Positions 38,600 to 52,725 of a DNA stretch of 64,000 nt are shown piece after piece; position 1 is the stretch's first letter; each line of letters starts with the position of its first letter. The translations under genes were made by a program, and so were the position numbers. The notes beneath the pieces were generated by a model. It saw only the letters and a list, made by a program, of their open reading frames with translations, did not search any database and was not told the origin of the DNA. This stretch comes from Hemiscyllium ocellatum. Taxonomy: Eukaryota. The stretch is taken from contig NC_083412.1 of NCBI RefSeq assembly GCF_020745735.1, positions 14,192,235 to 14,256,234 of the forward strand, read 5' to 3'.

Positions 38600-39290
38600 T
38601 TGATGTCAGAGTCATTCTCAGATTGTCCAGCTGTGACCAGAAAGATCATTGCTTAGGACCCCACTATTCACAATGATTTCGATGTGTGCTCCCTTTGTAC
38701 TTTTACCACATTTACAGATGACATGAAACATAGTGGGATTGCAAGCATTATGGAAGCTGAAAAAAGGCTTCAGGTGAAATTTAATTGACTGAGTGAATAG
38801 GCAAGGGCATGAGATTTAGAAATGAATATGAATAAGTATGAGGTTCTCCCCTTTGAGTGGAGGCCTAAAATTCAGAGCATTTGTGAAGCACTCGATGTTA
38901 GAAATTGCTCAGGTCCAGAAGGACTAAGACATTCATGTTAACAAGACATCAAACGTTCGCACGAAGGGGCAGAATGCTTTTCAAGAGGCAACTCTTATAT
39001 GAGGTATTGAGCTTCCTTCATGTCGCTGCGAATGCACCTGCAGTATTATGTGGATTATGGTCCTCTGGCGTAAGGAAGGATATATTTGTCAAAGAGCAAT
39101 TACAGGGGATGTAATTAATCTGATGGCTGCGTTGGTGGGACTGTCTTGTAAATGAGAGATTGAGGAGATTGGGCATGTTTTCTCTGGAGATTAGGAGAAT
39201 GAAAAATGTTCGTAGGAATTTAGGACATTCTTCAAAGGATAGAGGAAGTAGATTTCGAAAGTATTCTCTCCCTAAAAGGCATAAGTCAGG
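38600..39290 (+). mobile_element. Highly decayed CR1 RT/3' fragment
   Basis: TFTDDMK, RLQ....L.E.AR, LQYYV.LWS..RKD, ERLRRLGMFSLE.RR readings. Confidence 0.65.
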
Positions 39291-40044
39291 TATTTAATAA
39301 CATAAAGTCCAACTTGCTTGAATGATCAATTCAAACGCTTTACCTCTGACATTTCAAAATCAACACAACATGTTGCATCCCGTTCTTTACCATCAAAATT
39401 CACTCTGTTTGCAACCAATGCATTTCGCAGCAGTCTGTTCCATTGACAAGAATCAGTACAATAACTCATCAAGGTTCCAGAGACCGCTCGTTCTAAACCT
39501 GCTAACATTTTCATCGGTGAATGACGAGACATCAGAGACATGAAACCACGTGTAAAATTCCCTCCACACCACGAAGACTTGGAACGAGATTTAGTTAAAT
39601 TGCATAAGCTTGCAATTGGTGAGAGTGAGCAGTCCTCATGTGGAATCTGTTTTGTTGCGAGGTACACAAGGAATATATAAGCCACCTGAAGGGCCAGCCT
39701 TTTCCAAACGGTCACTTGATTTCCTCATTCTACTCAGCCCTTAACCTGTTCCCTGTTCTCATGTGAAGTTGTTGCTCGAGTTTAGGAACCATTTCTTCCA
39801 GGACTAAAACGATTTTTCAAAGGATTCGATGAAAATGTCTGTGTCCATTTCCATTGTTTTTGAACGCATTGAATTTTCATCACTTGTTCAAATATTGATA
39901 TTTTGCATCTTCTAAAATGATAATGTTCTGTAATAAAAAAGAATTGAAGGGATGTTCAAAGCGTTACTTTACGTGTTAAAATTCCTTCATGTTAATGCAT
40001 CTACTATTAGCTGTTTTGAAACATTTCCCACATGTTGCAATTAA

Positions 40045-41560
40045 CACGCCACATCTGCTTCTTCCTTTCCCACCGTACCAAACAGTACCCTTCCACTGAC
40101 ACCCTCCTTCGACTGACTGAACTGATCCTCACCCAGAACAACTTCTCTTTCCAATCCTCCCACTTCCTGCAAACCAAAGGAGTAGCCATGGGTACCCGCA
40201 TCGGCCCCAGCTATGCCTACGTCTTCGTAGGACATGTGGTACAGTACATCTTCCGCAGCTACACTGGCACTACCCCCCATCTTTTCCTCCACTACATCGA
40301 TGACTGTATCGGCGCTGCCTCGGGCTCCCACGAGGAAGTTGAACAGTTCATCCACTTGACCAACACCTTCCACCCCGAACTCAAATTCCCCTGGACCGTC
40401 TCAGACTCATCCCTCCAATTCCTAGACCTTTCCATTTCTATCTCGGGAGACCAAATCAACATGGAAATTTACTATAAACCGGGGACTGACACCCACAGCT
40501 ACCTAGACTACACCTTCTCCCACATTGCCCCCTGAAAAAACACCATCCCATATTCCCAATTCCTTAGTCCCTGCCGCATCTGCTCCCAGGAGGACCAGTT
40601 CCAATACCGTACAACCCAGATGTTCTCCTTCTTCAAAGAACGCAATTTCCACCCAGATGTGATCGACGATACCCACCACCACATCTGTTCCACATCCCGC
40701 TCCTCTGCCCTTGAGCCCCGCCCCTCCAAGAGCCACCAGGACAGAACCCCACTGGTTCTCACCTACCACCCCACCAACCTCCATAGTCAGCGTATCATCT
40801 GCCGTCATTTCCGCCACCTCCAAACGGACCCCACCACCAGGGATACATTTCCCTCCACTCCCCTATCATCGTTCCGAAAACACCACTCCCTCAGTGACTC
40901 CCTCATCGGGTCACACACCCCACCAACCCAACTTCCACTTCTGGCACCTTCCCCTGCAACCACAAGAAATGCAAAACTTGCGCCCACACCTCCCCTCTTA
41001 CTTCCATCCGAGGCCCCAAGGGATATTTCCATATCCGTCACAAATTCACCTGCACTTGCACACACATCATTTATTGCATCCGCTGCACCCGATGTGGCCT
41101 CCTGTATATTGGGGAGACAGGCCACCTACTTGCAGAATGTTTCAGAGAACACCTCTGGGACACCCGGACCAACCAACCCTCATCTTGGAAGAGCGCCTCA
41201 TCCTCCGCCTAGTAACCCTCAAACCACAAGGGATAAACTCATATTTCCCCAGTTTCCTCATTTCCCCTCCTCCCACCTTGTGGCAGTCAAATCCCTCGAA
41301 CTCAGCCCCACCTTCCTAACCTGCAACCTTCTTCCTGACCTCTCCGCCCCCACCCCACTCCGGCCTATCACCCTCACCTTGACCTCCTTCCACTATCGCA
41401 TCTCGAACACCCCTCCCCCAAGTCCCTCCTCCCTACCTTTTATCTTAGTCTGCTGGAGACACTTTCCTCATTCCTGAAGAAGGGCTTATGCCCGAAATGT
41501 CATTCTCCTGTTCCATGGATGCTGCCTGACCTGCTGCGCTTTTCCAGCAACACATTTTCA
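40045..41560 (+). mobile_element. Penelope-like element, 5'-truncated (RT, GIY-YIG, pLTR)
   Basis: HFLQTKGVAMGTRIGPSYA, YIDDC, FLDLSISI, HSYLDY, IYCIRCTRCGLLYIGET; terminus with hammerhead motif. Confidence 0.93.
41470..41506 (+). ncRNA. Minimal type-I hammerhead ribozyme motif in Penelope pLTR
   Basis: attc-CTGAAGA-A-GGGC-TTAT-GCCC-GAAA-T-GTC: CUGANGA and GAAA core, 4-bp stem II, GUC triplet; stem I imperfect. Confidence 0.7.
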
Positions 41561-44500
41561 GTTCAGCACATTTAATCCCAAATGTTAATTGTCTCATCTT
41601 TCTGAGCCAATCCCAGAATCGCTGAAGGATGACACAGAAGTTCAGAGAGTTTTAGGCATTAGAAGAGTAAACAGAGTTAGGGAGGGGCTTAGGCGCTGGA
41701 GGATAATCCAGAGATCGGTAGACTACAGAGACAGGAAGGGATTACAGAGATGAGGAGGTGTGTGAGGTTGGAGGAGTTTCGAGAAATAGGTTTGTTCGTG
41801 CTGGAGCTAGTTTCAGAATGAAGGGGTTCAGGATGTAAGTTTACAGCTGAGCTGGAAGCTTGGTTTCTAAGCGTTTCCTCACCATCATAGTTAACATAAT
41901 CAGCGCATCTCCAGTGAAACTTCAATTGAGACTCACTCGTGCTGTGGTGTTAAAACTTCTCAAAAAGAGCCTTCCAGCTCGCCGAGCAAACTTACGTTTA
42001 GAACCTCAATCTGAGCTACAAATCTTCTTGAAACTCACTAAGAAATAAGATGTTGATGTGGTTTTTGGCACATGCTGCAGAGATAAGAAATGTTTCAAGA
42101 CTGAGATGGGAGAGTGCAGAAGATGCAAACATAGGTAGTGCAGTTCGTAAGTTTGCAGAAATCACCAAAATTAGAGGTGCAGTCGACATGGAATACCACG
42201 CAGTGCAATGAAACCTTCAACAGGTGGGCCAATGGACTGAAGAGTGGCAGATGATGTTTAATTAAGGTAACTGTGAGGCAGGACTTATGCACTTAATGGG
42301 AAGGGGAGTGTCGCTGAGCAACGGGAATTTGGAATGCATGTTGATATTTTCTTGAAAGGAGAGTCGAAGGAAGCTAGGATAGTGAATAAGGCATTTGGTA
42401 TACTTTCCTTCATTGTTCAGAGCATTGGGGACAGGAGTTGGGAGCTCATGTTGCAGCTGGACATGACATTGATTTGGCCACTGCTTTTTTGGAATATTAT
42501 ACAGATTACTGGTCTTCCTCATGCTGGAAGGAAATTATTAAATTTGATAGGGTTCAGAAACTATTTCCAAGAATGTTGCCAGAGCTGGAATTTTTGATCT
42601 GTGGGGAGAGGCTGAATAGACTGGGGCTGTTTTCACCTGGAGCGTCAGAAGCTAAGAGTTGACCAGAAAAAGTTTATAAAATCACGAGGAGCTTGGATTC
42701 AGCAAATAGACACGGTCTTTTTCCTGGGATGTTGGAATCCAGAACTGGAGGGCAGAAGTGTAGGATTAGAGGGAAAGAATTTATAGGGATATAAGGTGAA
42801 AAATTTTCACGCAGATTTTGGTGCATGTATGGGATGAGCTTCCAGATGAAGTAATGGAGACTGCTGCAATAACAACATTTCAAAGTCATCAGGAGAGGTC
42901 CGTGAATAGAAGCAGTTCAGAGGAATTCTGGCAGATTGATGGCAAATGGAACTAGAATAGTTTGGTTGTCTGGTTGTTATGGACACATTGGACTGAATGG
43001 CCGTTTTCCGTGCTGTAAGTCTCTCTGATGTTACGAATCTAGGATTGGAAGTTTCAAGACTAGCAGGTACAGTTTTAAGGTGAGAAGACATAGATTTAAA
43101 GATGGCATGACAAGTGAACGTTTTGCGCAGAGCATCGTTTGGCGTGTAGAATAAAAGTCTTGAGGAAGTGGTGGATGCAGGTACAGTTAAAACATTTAAA
43201 AGACATCATGATACATACATGAATAGGTAATATATAAAGGAACACGAGCCAGGAGCAGGCAGGTAGGACTACATTACTTTGGGATTCTGTTCAACACGGA
43301 CCTGTTGGACCAAATGGTCAGGTTCAATGCTCTATGACTCTGTGATTCTATGACCGTGTCACAAATTCTTTGTCCTGCTTGCTACATTGCAGCTATAACT
43401 GTACCTTTAATTGTAAGCATTCAGTTTCAAAGATGGAGATCCTGCATATTCACAAAGATCATCCAAAGTTATAAATGACTCTTTATACCAGATCTTGTCA
43501 TATTGAAATGTCTGAAGTATTGACACGAACAGAGAATTGAAAAGTTTTTTTTTGAATTTGACGTTTAATAATCACCAAAGTAATGTGGACGTGTATTGCG
43601 TGAACAACTAATATGAACGGAGTGTGCAGAAACCAGTTTGCTGTTGATGACAATGAAATGTGAGAGCTTCCTTCCCTATTCTTTCCAATAGGCTTGAACA
43701 GGAAATTATGCCGTGCACTTGAAACAGTATCATGTGATGACCAGATAACTGTATCACAGAGAGGAGGAAAATGTGAACAGAAATACATGCTACACGCCAG
43801 CAATTGTATGGAAAATTGCAATTAATGTTCAGTATTGTGGAGAAATAATACATCATTCGTATATATTCACGCAATCTTTAGTGTAGGATAAAATTTACTG
43901 TTCCTGAAGGCTCATTTTTTACATGCTCTCTCCAAGTAAAATAGCTGACAGATACAAATCAAGATCTTTAACATTCCCGAGTAAAGCCATCCGATGTCAG
44001 GTTACAGAGTCAAACTCTACCTGCACGTTTGGTCTCAGGCATTCTCAGAAAAAGGTACAACACATGTTTGGATAAACTGTGAGACTCTTCCTGTTTAAAA
44101 GTACCAATTATTCCCAAGGTTAGCGCTTACTCTGAACTTTCCAAATGGCAAGGAGTGTATCTTCATGATGCAAAATGAGCTCTGTGCTGTGTTATCAAAG
44201 CAGTGTAGTTCAGGAACAAGAAGAAATTGACAGATGTCAAAGCGGTGACGTTGCAGAGAGTATATTTTATGAATGGGAGTTGGGTGAAAGAGGGAATACA
44301 TTTCAATTTTTTTCATTGAGTGGGCAACATTCAATATTTGGTTACTAACATGATGCAGCGGGAGGACTTTTTTTTTGAGACGAAAAAATAAGGGGTTCAA
44401 CACATTATAACTGGTCAGAAACTTTCGATTATGCTCAGATAGCTCCACCAATAAGAAGTGGTCATCCGGCGAAATGTGGGATTCTGGGACGCTCAATGTC

Positions 44501-46782
44501 CATGAGAGCAACATATCTGCAGGAAATGTCGTAGTCTGTATAAACTTTTCTCTACTTCCTGGAACAAGAGTGACTGTGTCCCATGCAGGAGAAGAGGATG
44601 AGGGAAATAACACATTTGTGTCGGTGGTCACACTATCGTTTAGGGGTGAGCGTGCAAAGTGGGAATGCATGACAATCCAGAAGCCTACAGAAAGTATCCA
44701 AATCCCATACCAGATTCCTACTTTTGACTCTTGCGATGGAAAGGATTTATCGGAGGAATGCAGACACAGACATATCCGTGACAGCAGGAAACACCTTATC
44801 TGAACAGAAATAGAGGGAGAAGAATGGGCATGTAGTATTGGTACTGTGGTTTTTCGTTAGAGGAACATGCTTCAGTTTCCACATTTATAAACATGCCTTC
44901 AGCGTGCTCTGATAACCGCTCTGCTGCAAGGGTCAAGGATATTACAGAACAGCAGCAGGAAATTCTGCTGGAGCAGTATCAAACAGCAGAGTTATTGCTC
45001 CATATTGGTGGCAATGAATATGATAGGATGGTGGGTATGTTATAATAAACGATAATTTGAGACAGCTCGCAGCAAGGTCGAAAGGCAGAAACTGTAACAC
45101 AGTGATCTCACACTGAGTGACAGTCCAACGTGCTCGTGATGATCGAAACAAGCATTGAATAATTGAAATGTTTCTCGAACTCGGACTTGGGAGTCAAGCA
45201 GCATTGTTCAGAGACAATGGTACCAGCTCTGGAGCAGGTTGGACCTCGACACAATGGACAATTTACATCTTGACATAGCTGGAATGAACATTGTCTCATG
45301 TAAGGTTTGGACTGCTGTTGGGGAGTTAACAAATGAGATGCGAATTGGTCTGGGAATGTTAGAAAGATCTTGGCTTCGTGAAAAAGCTGCATTCATATTC
45401 TGTCCTTCCCCTAATCAGTTTTTGGGTCTTCCTTTACTGGTTCCTGAATTGTTCCCATCCTCAGTCTTGCCTTTTCTTCTGGCATTATTATCTGCCATTT
45501 CGTTTGATGGATTGCAATGCAACATGTAATTTTTTAACCATCACATCAGCTGTTAACATCTACAGCAGCTAATAACATTTACAGCATAACACAACATGAA
45601 ACACTATCACAGAGCATTTATAAAACAAGATTTATGTCAGCCCGAAAAAGGAATGAAATCAGTGGATAACATGACATATTTAAATACGTGAGTAACAAAT
45701 TAAAAACGAAAATTTGGAGTTTAATGTGTCGAATGTCATGACGGTCATTGAATGATCAAGAAATTGAATTTGCTGTGAAAACAAATCAGCAGGGTGCAGG
45801 AACTTAATATAAATGTAGAAAAATTCAAATCTGGCGTCAGGCCGATGTGACACTTGAATACACGGCTCCAGAGGTAACAGTGGAATGAATGACTATCTCA
45901 CCAATTATAAGCTCAGGCATGGATGGTTTAGGAGCTGTGTTGCAATGGAAACAATAATTGTTGGTGATAATGCAGTATCTTTTTGAATTCATCTCAAGTC
46001 AAAATATGAAGTTACAAACAAACAGGATTCATTCAGAGTCAATTCCTGCTGAGCTTGATGGAGTTAGTGAGAGACACAAAATACTTTTGTGCAAAAACTG
46101 AGAATTCTGGTTTATCTATCACATCCAACCCATGCCAGCCTTCGGGGACAGTGTCTTAGTGAGCCCTTTGATTGGACCTCGGATTCCCTCATCAACTCAG
46201 CAGCTGTTTCGTGAAAAGAAACGTAAATATAAAACGATTGGTACCATTAGGCCGGGGGAGCTAAATAGGATAAAAACTGATCAAAGTACTGCTAAAAAAA
46301 GATTTTAAGTCAAAAGACAGACATTTATATAAAGCATGCTGTTGAATTTATTTAATCTATTTTTAAATTTCTGTCCAGATGTGTGGATCAGTGAGTTCAG
46401 TGCGGAAGAGTAGACAGGAGACTGTCACTGAGTTTCCCAGTCTGGCGTGCTGTGATCAATGTTACTTGCCTCTAGGTCATTTATTTCTTGATCTGATTCG
46501 CTCACTGACAAAGGATTGCTTGGAACAAATTGATAGTTTGGCATGCTTAGTACCTCTTGTCGTTAGGCTTTTGTTGTTCCGATATCGACTAAGTGTTGCT
46601 CACTGCTCACAATATCTTGCACTGACTTTGCTCCATCAATCTCTTTCGTTTTGCTCCTCAAATGGAATCATTCGTCGCCTGTTAGAAAAGGAATGTTATC
46701 ATGTTGATACTCCTTATTCACACTATGGTGCATTCCGCACGTGGCCTTCTCTTTTATTATCTATTGTATGTCATGTTGGCTC

Positions 46783-47669
46783 TCAGTTGGATTTATTCAT
46801 CCATTGAATTAGTTTGCTGCCGGGATATTTCACTACATACTTTAACTGGGCTGTGAACTTTTTCTGTGTCACCACATAAATAAATGCATTTGTGCAGCTA
46901 CTAAGGTTCCGCAGCATAAATGCGACTTGTTCAAAGAGATCAAAAGCAGTAGAATGTAAGGAATAACCAGCTTGAAATACATATAGAATATACACCAACC
47001 AGACAAGTATGAAACTGGCGGATATGGCAAAGAGTAAAGCCATGGAATTCCATCGGCTCTCTACCTCCGAGTCATTCTCTGTCTTTCTCTGTCCCCATAG
47101 TCCCTTACGAACCTCACCAGCCTCAAGGATACGTCTCACCGTCAGAATGTTGAGAAAAAGAACGAAAATGAATGGGAGAATTGGTGTAAGAAATTGTGCA
47201 AAATATTTAAAGCTTGCCCACCGACGGTCTTTAAAATAACTGGACTTGGTATAACAGTGCCATGGAATATTGTTGCTGATAATTCCAGGTTTAAATCGAA
47301 AGTAGAAAGGAATGTTCTTTCAAGAAAAGAAAATGCAGATCGTTGCTAGAAGCCTCATTGCAGTTTTCTCTGTGCAATACTTAATTTTCATCTGATGAAA
47401 ACAAATGGCGACCATTCGATCAAAAGTAAAAGCAGCAGTGAACCAGACAGAACAGTCAATGGTCAAACGGCTCAGGACATGAACTAAACTACAAACAGGG
47501 GTGATGTCCAGGAAACACCTTGGATAATAATATGTGCGAAATTGGAAAAGTACTATGTCACAAACAATGAAGAGACGATCAGACGTTGCCATGGCCACCA
47601 GATAGCGAGTGGTGCATTTAGAAAGACGACAGTCGCCCCAAGCCAGCAATGCAATCACCAACAGACTAA
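46783..47669 (-). pseudogene. Inverted paralog of the GPR139/142-like exon with one premature stop
   Basis: Same 887-nt length, acceptor and terminal stop as 11464-12350. TTA>TGA at 47322-47320 (in TM4, IFFS*KN); otherwise in frame. Confidence 0.88.
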
Positions 47670-48540
47670 CTGTAAGAGAGAAAGGAAAAGAAAGCAAAGG
47701 AATTTCAAGTTACTGATAAATATTTGTCCGCTTTTGAACTCAGTCTGAAAGAGATTTTTGCACAAGGTAATTGTCATTCCATATCACATAAATTTTAATG
47801 AGTCGGAACGCGTCCAATAATTGTGATTTCTCTGGAGATTTGTAGCTCATGTTGTGGTGCCCGTTCTACGTTTCCTCATTGAGATGGGCAATATTTTCGC
47901 AGATGTTTTTTCACCGTGCTTAGTAACAACATTAATGAGCCTCCGGTGAAGTGCCAGTGCTCTGTCCCGCTTTTTGCTTATGTATGTAATGCACTGCAGG
48001 GACTGCAACAAACACTACATTGAACCGACTGGCAGGTGACTAACCATAAGGAATCACGTGGATAAAGTAGGTACCAAAATTCTTTTGGTATTCTGGTACA
48101 GAGACGATGAGGGTCACCATTTCGACAGGGACAGAGTATACATCCTGTTTCAGGCTAACCTCGACATTCATGGGAATTCCTAGAGGTGTGGCATTCATAC
48201 CAGAACTCCATTAAGAAACAAATCGATTTGGCCCCATTTCCCACACACTCTGACAATGAACTGGAGTTGGTATCACGCATCGCAACAGGCCTAGAAATAA
48301 ATAGTAAACGGGACAGAGCACCAGTGCTTCAACAGAGGCTCACTTTTGATATTAGCTGGCATGGTGCGACGAAACGTCTGAGAACAAACCTATCAGCTCA
48401 GCGAACAAATTTACATTCTGGAATGATTCCTTGCCACTTTGAAAAGGCAAAGAGAAAGATATGGCCGTGTATTCTATGATTTATTGATGGAGGCGATATT
48501 TGATTTCTTCTGCTTTATTGATTAATCTGACTGACTGTAC

Positions 48541-51500
48541 ATCTCAAATGTATTCTGACAGTCTGCTGTCCACTGAGTCTTCATGCCTTGCTTCTGTAAC
48601 TCACTGAGTACACCAGGCATATAACTAAAATTTGGAACGACCTTCTGAATAAATCCATTCAATCCCAGGAACTGTGGTACTCTTCGTTTCGTCGATGGTA
48701 TGGGAAACTACGAAGCTACCTGTTTTGCAGCCCATGAGGTATTTTGTCAATGTTTAGTAGCATGGCACAGGATTTGACTTGGTTTTTGGAAAATGCACTC
48801 TTAGCCAGATTTATCAGCAAGCCTGTCTCCCACAGTCGATTGAAAAATTCTGATAAATGTTGCAAATGTTCCTTCATATGTAACTAAAAGTCACCAGGTC
48901 ATCGATACAAGTTGCATAACTGCAATTAATCCTGCAATGATCTTGTTGGTTTGTGTTTCAAATGTGGCTGGCGCATTTTCTGTGAAAAAAATGGCATGAA
49001 TTTAAACTGGTGTAATTCATTCGGCGTTACGAGAACCAAAATGATCTTCACTCTTTCTGACAATGTTAACTGCCAGTGCCCTTTGAGCATGTCCAACTAA
49101 GAAGTATAAGTTGCTTGCCCCCTCGTTACACACAGCCTTCCACAAGGGGAATTGGTTGCGGATCAATCTTTCCAAGTACATTAAATTTGTGATAGACAAC
49201 CAATAACCATTAGGTGCCATCTGATTATGGAAACATTACGATGGATGAGCTCCAGTCTCTAACTCAATTGTCTTATGTTTGCTTGGAGCATGCATTCAAT
49301 CTCCTTTCTAAATTGTGCCGATTTGAGGTTTACGCTGATACAGATGTTGCATTATCAGAACAGTATTTCCTATTACTAAATCATGCCTAATTAAGCTCGT
49401 ATTTCCCAGCTTATTTCCACATATCTACCCATTTGATAGCAAAAACTCTTTCAGGTCATTTTGATTTTTATCTGAAAGGTGATTCAGTAATTTTTATACC
49501 AATTTTTAACAATATCCACGTTGTCCAATTTAATTTGTGAAATGTCTATTTCAGAATCCTCTGATCTTGGTTCTTCCTTCTCCGTTTGACTTGAGAGGGT
49601 CCTCTAAACACTGTTTTAATGTTGTACCTGTCACTGGAAGTAGAATTAATACCTTATCTCCAATAGCAAAACGGCGAGTTTTTGATTTATTGTATGCTTC
49701 CTGTTTCATTGCATGCTGTGACACATTTTAAAACTTTCTAGCCAACTCCTCTGATCTTTTTACTCGTTCCAGAAAATTTGACACTTACTCCAAATATATG
49801 GTCTCCGAATTAAGACTTGCAAATTTCTCCTTGATCAATTTTCGCGTTCCTATCACTTCATGCCCAAACAATAATGCAAATGGACGATTCATTTGGTGCA
49901 TCTCTGATGGCAAAACGTACAAATAGTATTTCTTTTTCTCAATTATCTGGACCGGTTTGACAGTATGCCTTCAGCGTGTTCATTCATGTTTGATGCCAAC
50001 ATTCGAGAGTTCTCTGCAATTCTGGTTGGCATGTACCAGATTTGAATTACTCCGTTCTAAACTGTTCATAACGCCTATGAATAATTCTGATGAAACGTTT
50101 GACCATTAGTCTGACTATTTCTCACTTGGTATCCCACATCTAGTGAAACGTTTGAGTAACCCCTCCAAAATCCTTTTAGCTATGACATGGCGTATGGAAT
50201 CGATTCTGGAAATCTCGTGGGCATTCACTATTGTTAGCAAAAATGGAATTGCACTATTTGTTTAAGCACGGGTCACCTGCAATCAATTGTGGCACTTGGA
50301 AAAGGTTTCTCAAAAGCGGGAATAGTTATTAACAATGCGGGTTTTATTACTGTCTGTGTTTTTCTTCCAATCAGCTGACATGTATGTCATATTGAACAAA
50401 ATTCAATTACATCCTTTTGCAGTCCATGCAAAAAAAAAGATTTTGCTTTTTAGTTTGAGTTTCTGAACTCGAAATGAACGCCTATTGGCAGTTCATGTGC
50501 AACCCCAATATCTCCTCGGAAAGTCACTGGCAACGCGATTTGATAAACTTCTGCCAATTTCTCATCTTCCTGAATATATTATGTTCTACATTTCCTCAAA
50601 AGGCATATATTTAACATAATTACAGTAAAACAAATTCGCAATATTTCCCTGTGTATGGTTTATGATAAATTGTTTTTTTTTAATTTTCCTGTTGCAGCTC
50701 AGTTAATTGCTGTGAGATAAAAATGTCTATTTTGTTACCAATATGCTCATGTTAAAGAGGGTCTCTGAGAATTCCCCTTCAACTTTCTTATTTGTCCTCA
50801 CGTTTCAACCACAGTATGTAGAACTACTACATGTGAAGCAGATACATCATTAGCAAGGATAAATTACAGTCCTGGAGTTCAGCAAATGGCCAGTGCTCCT
50901 GCCATAAATACTCCACTTTTTTCAGTGGACTCCCAAACCTCACTCGACATGGCTGAATACTTCTTGTCTCACCGTGAATTACTGTTAAGAGCACTTTATA
51001 TCGTAATGTCCCTTCAGAGGTCCATATGTCCTCAACTTTCAAAATCAAAGGTTGATAGGATCTTGTGCTTCTTCATATTGTAACCTCTTTACCTGCTCCT
51101 TCTGGCCTCTGCAAGTGAACTTTGCTGTCGCAGGTATATGTTTTAAGAAGATCTGCCACTTCCGCCTGAACCAACCTACGACCAGATTGTACATTCTGGT
51201 GCAGATTTATCGCCTCCATAGTACTTTCTGTTTGCATTCCAACAAAATTCACTGACTTATCCTGTTTTCTACATCTGTCTTCCTCGTGTTTTTTCTAATC
51301 AACAAACGCTGCGATTTCTCGTGGCCTGCCTTATTGCAGTGAAGACACTGGAGCTTTATAATTTCTCTTTCTGCTTCAAGGGTTTCCTTGTTGGCCTGTG
51401 GTAAGTTAACCTGGCGATCTTCACCGAGATCTGTTTTTAATTTACCACATGAGATTTTCGCTTTACTCCCATTACTGTTCTTCATTCACTGAAGTTGATG

Positions 51501-52725
51501 TTGGAAACCAAACTTCAATTTATGAACGAACTCATAAACACCAGCAATTTTAGCAGCTAATCTTGACGTTTAAATGCTCTGCCTTTCCAGGTGATTTCTC
51601 ACTACTTTAGGAAGTCAATTTTTGTACTTTTCCAAAAATAATCGTCTCTCTTAACACATCATAGATTTATTGCATTTTAACGCCCTTATCCATCTATCAA
51701 AATTATTTTGGTTGACCTTTTCAAACGTAGTGCAGGTGTGACCAGGGACGCTCGTGAGACTTCTGCAACGTTGTCTGTGGGCTTCTTGTCCAAGTTCACA
51801 TGCAATTAAATTGGTTTTATTCACCATTTCTTACATCCCGGACACCTTATGTGATAGTGTTGCAAATATTACACTACCTCTATTTATCAGTTATGTTTGG
51901 ATCAACAAAATCTACATGGTCACTGGCCACTTCATCCCTTCAGCCACCTTCTAAAATAAGACAACAAAGTCTTCCACATCCTTCTCATCAAGTTTAGATA
52001 ATGCTTGAATATGTTTAAACAGACGCGCACCAGGACTTTGCCTATCATGGGTTTCCTCATCTTCATTCTCTTCCACACTAAACTTACCTTCAGCCTTCAT
52101 CTCAATCCTTTTCACCTGGCTTTCATGTCCAAGTGTTAATTTATGATGTTCAAACGCCCACCCGCCCAATTGCTATTTTTGTTCCGTCTCCTTTCCTCTT
52201 TCTTATCTCTCATTTTCTTTTAGCACTGCTAAAGTAATTCTACACTTCAGATTTTGTCTACTAGGTTTTGTTTTTTTTCTTATCTCTGTTTCTAATCATA
52301 ATTGAAGCCGTTTCATTTATTTTCCTCTTCATTTTTCTTTTGTCTTTAACTCAATTTATGTCATTTTCAATTGAATTTTAGCCATCTCCAAATACTCCGA
52401 TGCCATTTCCAGCAAATATAAATGTTGAGCTATTGTTGTAATTATCTCTCCTTTTCTTATGGTAATCGTAAGAAGCTAACGCTAACTCCATCTTAACGAG
52501 AAATTCCAACAGTTTTGCTTCGTTTACCTTTTGTAAAACACCAAAAAGCACTTCTTCCACACTCCGAAAGCTCTGAGTAAATAGAAGAGGCATTACTACA
52601 ACAAGTAATGTTTGGAACAAACAAATTTACCACGAGGGGAAAAAAAAGACACGAACGTCTACAACTGGCTGCCTTCTCGTTCAACAATCCTATTCCCATA
52701 TCGGGACTATCGAACAAATGCCAGA
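48541..52725 (-). mobile_element. Duplicate of the Gmr1-like Gypsy element, lacking RNase H and 3' LTR
   Basis: Reverse complement of ~4490-8643; LQCLHCNKAGHEKSQ knuckle. Confidence 0.88.

Noticed and set aside
39326-39715. 129-aa minus-strand ORF in non-repeat DNA
   Set aside because: GTG start, no recognisable domain, no paralog or convincing splice support.
40620-41477. 285-aa and 202-aa Pro/Thr-rich ORFs
   Set aside because: Frameshifted or alternative frames of the C-rich Penelope element.
47320-47322. TGA as selenocysteine or programmed readthrough
   Set aside because: It replaces Leu, no SECIS was seen, and simple nonsense mutation is more parsimonious.
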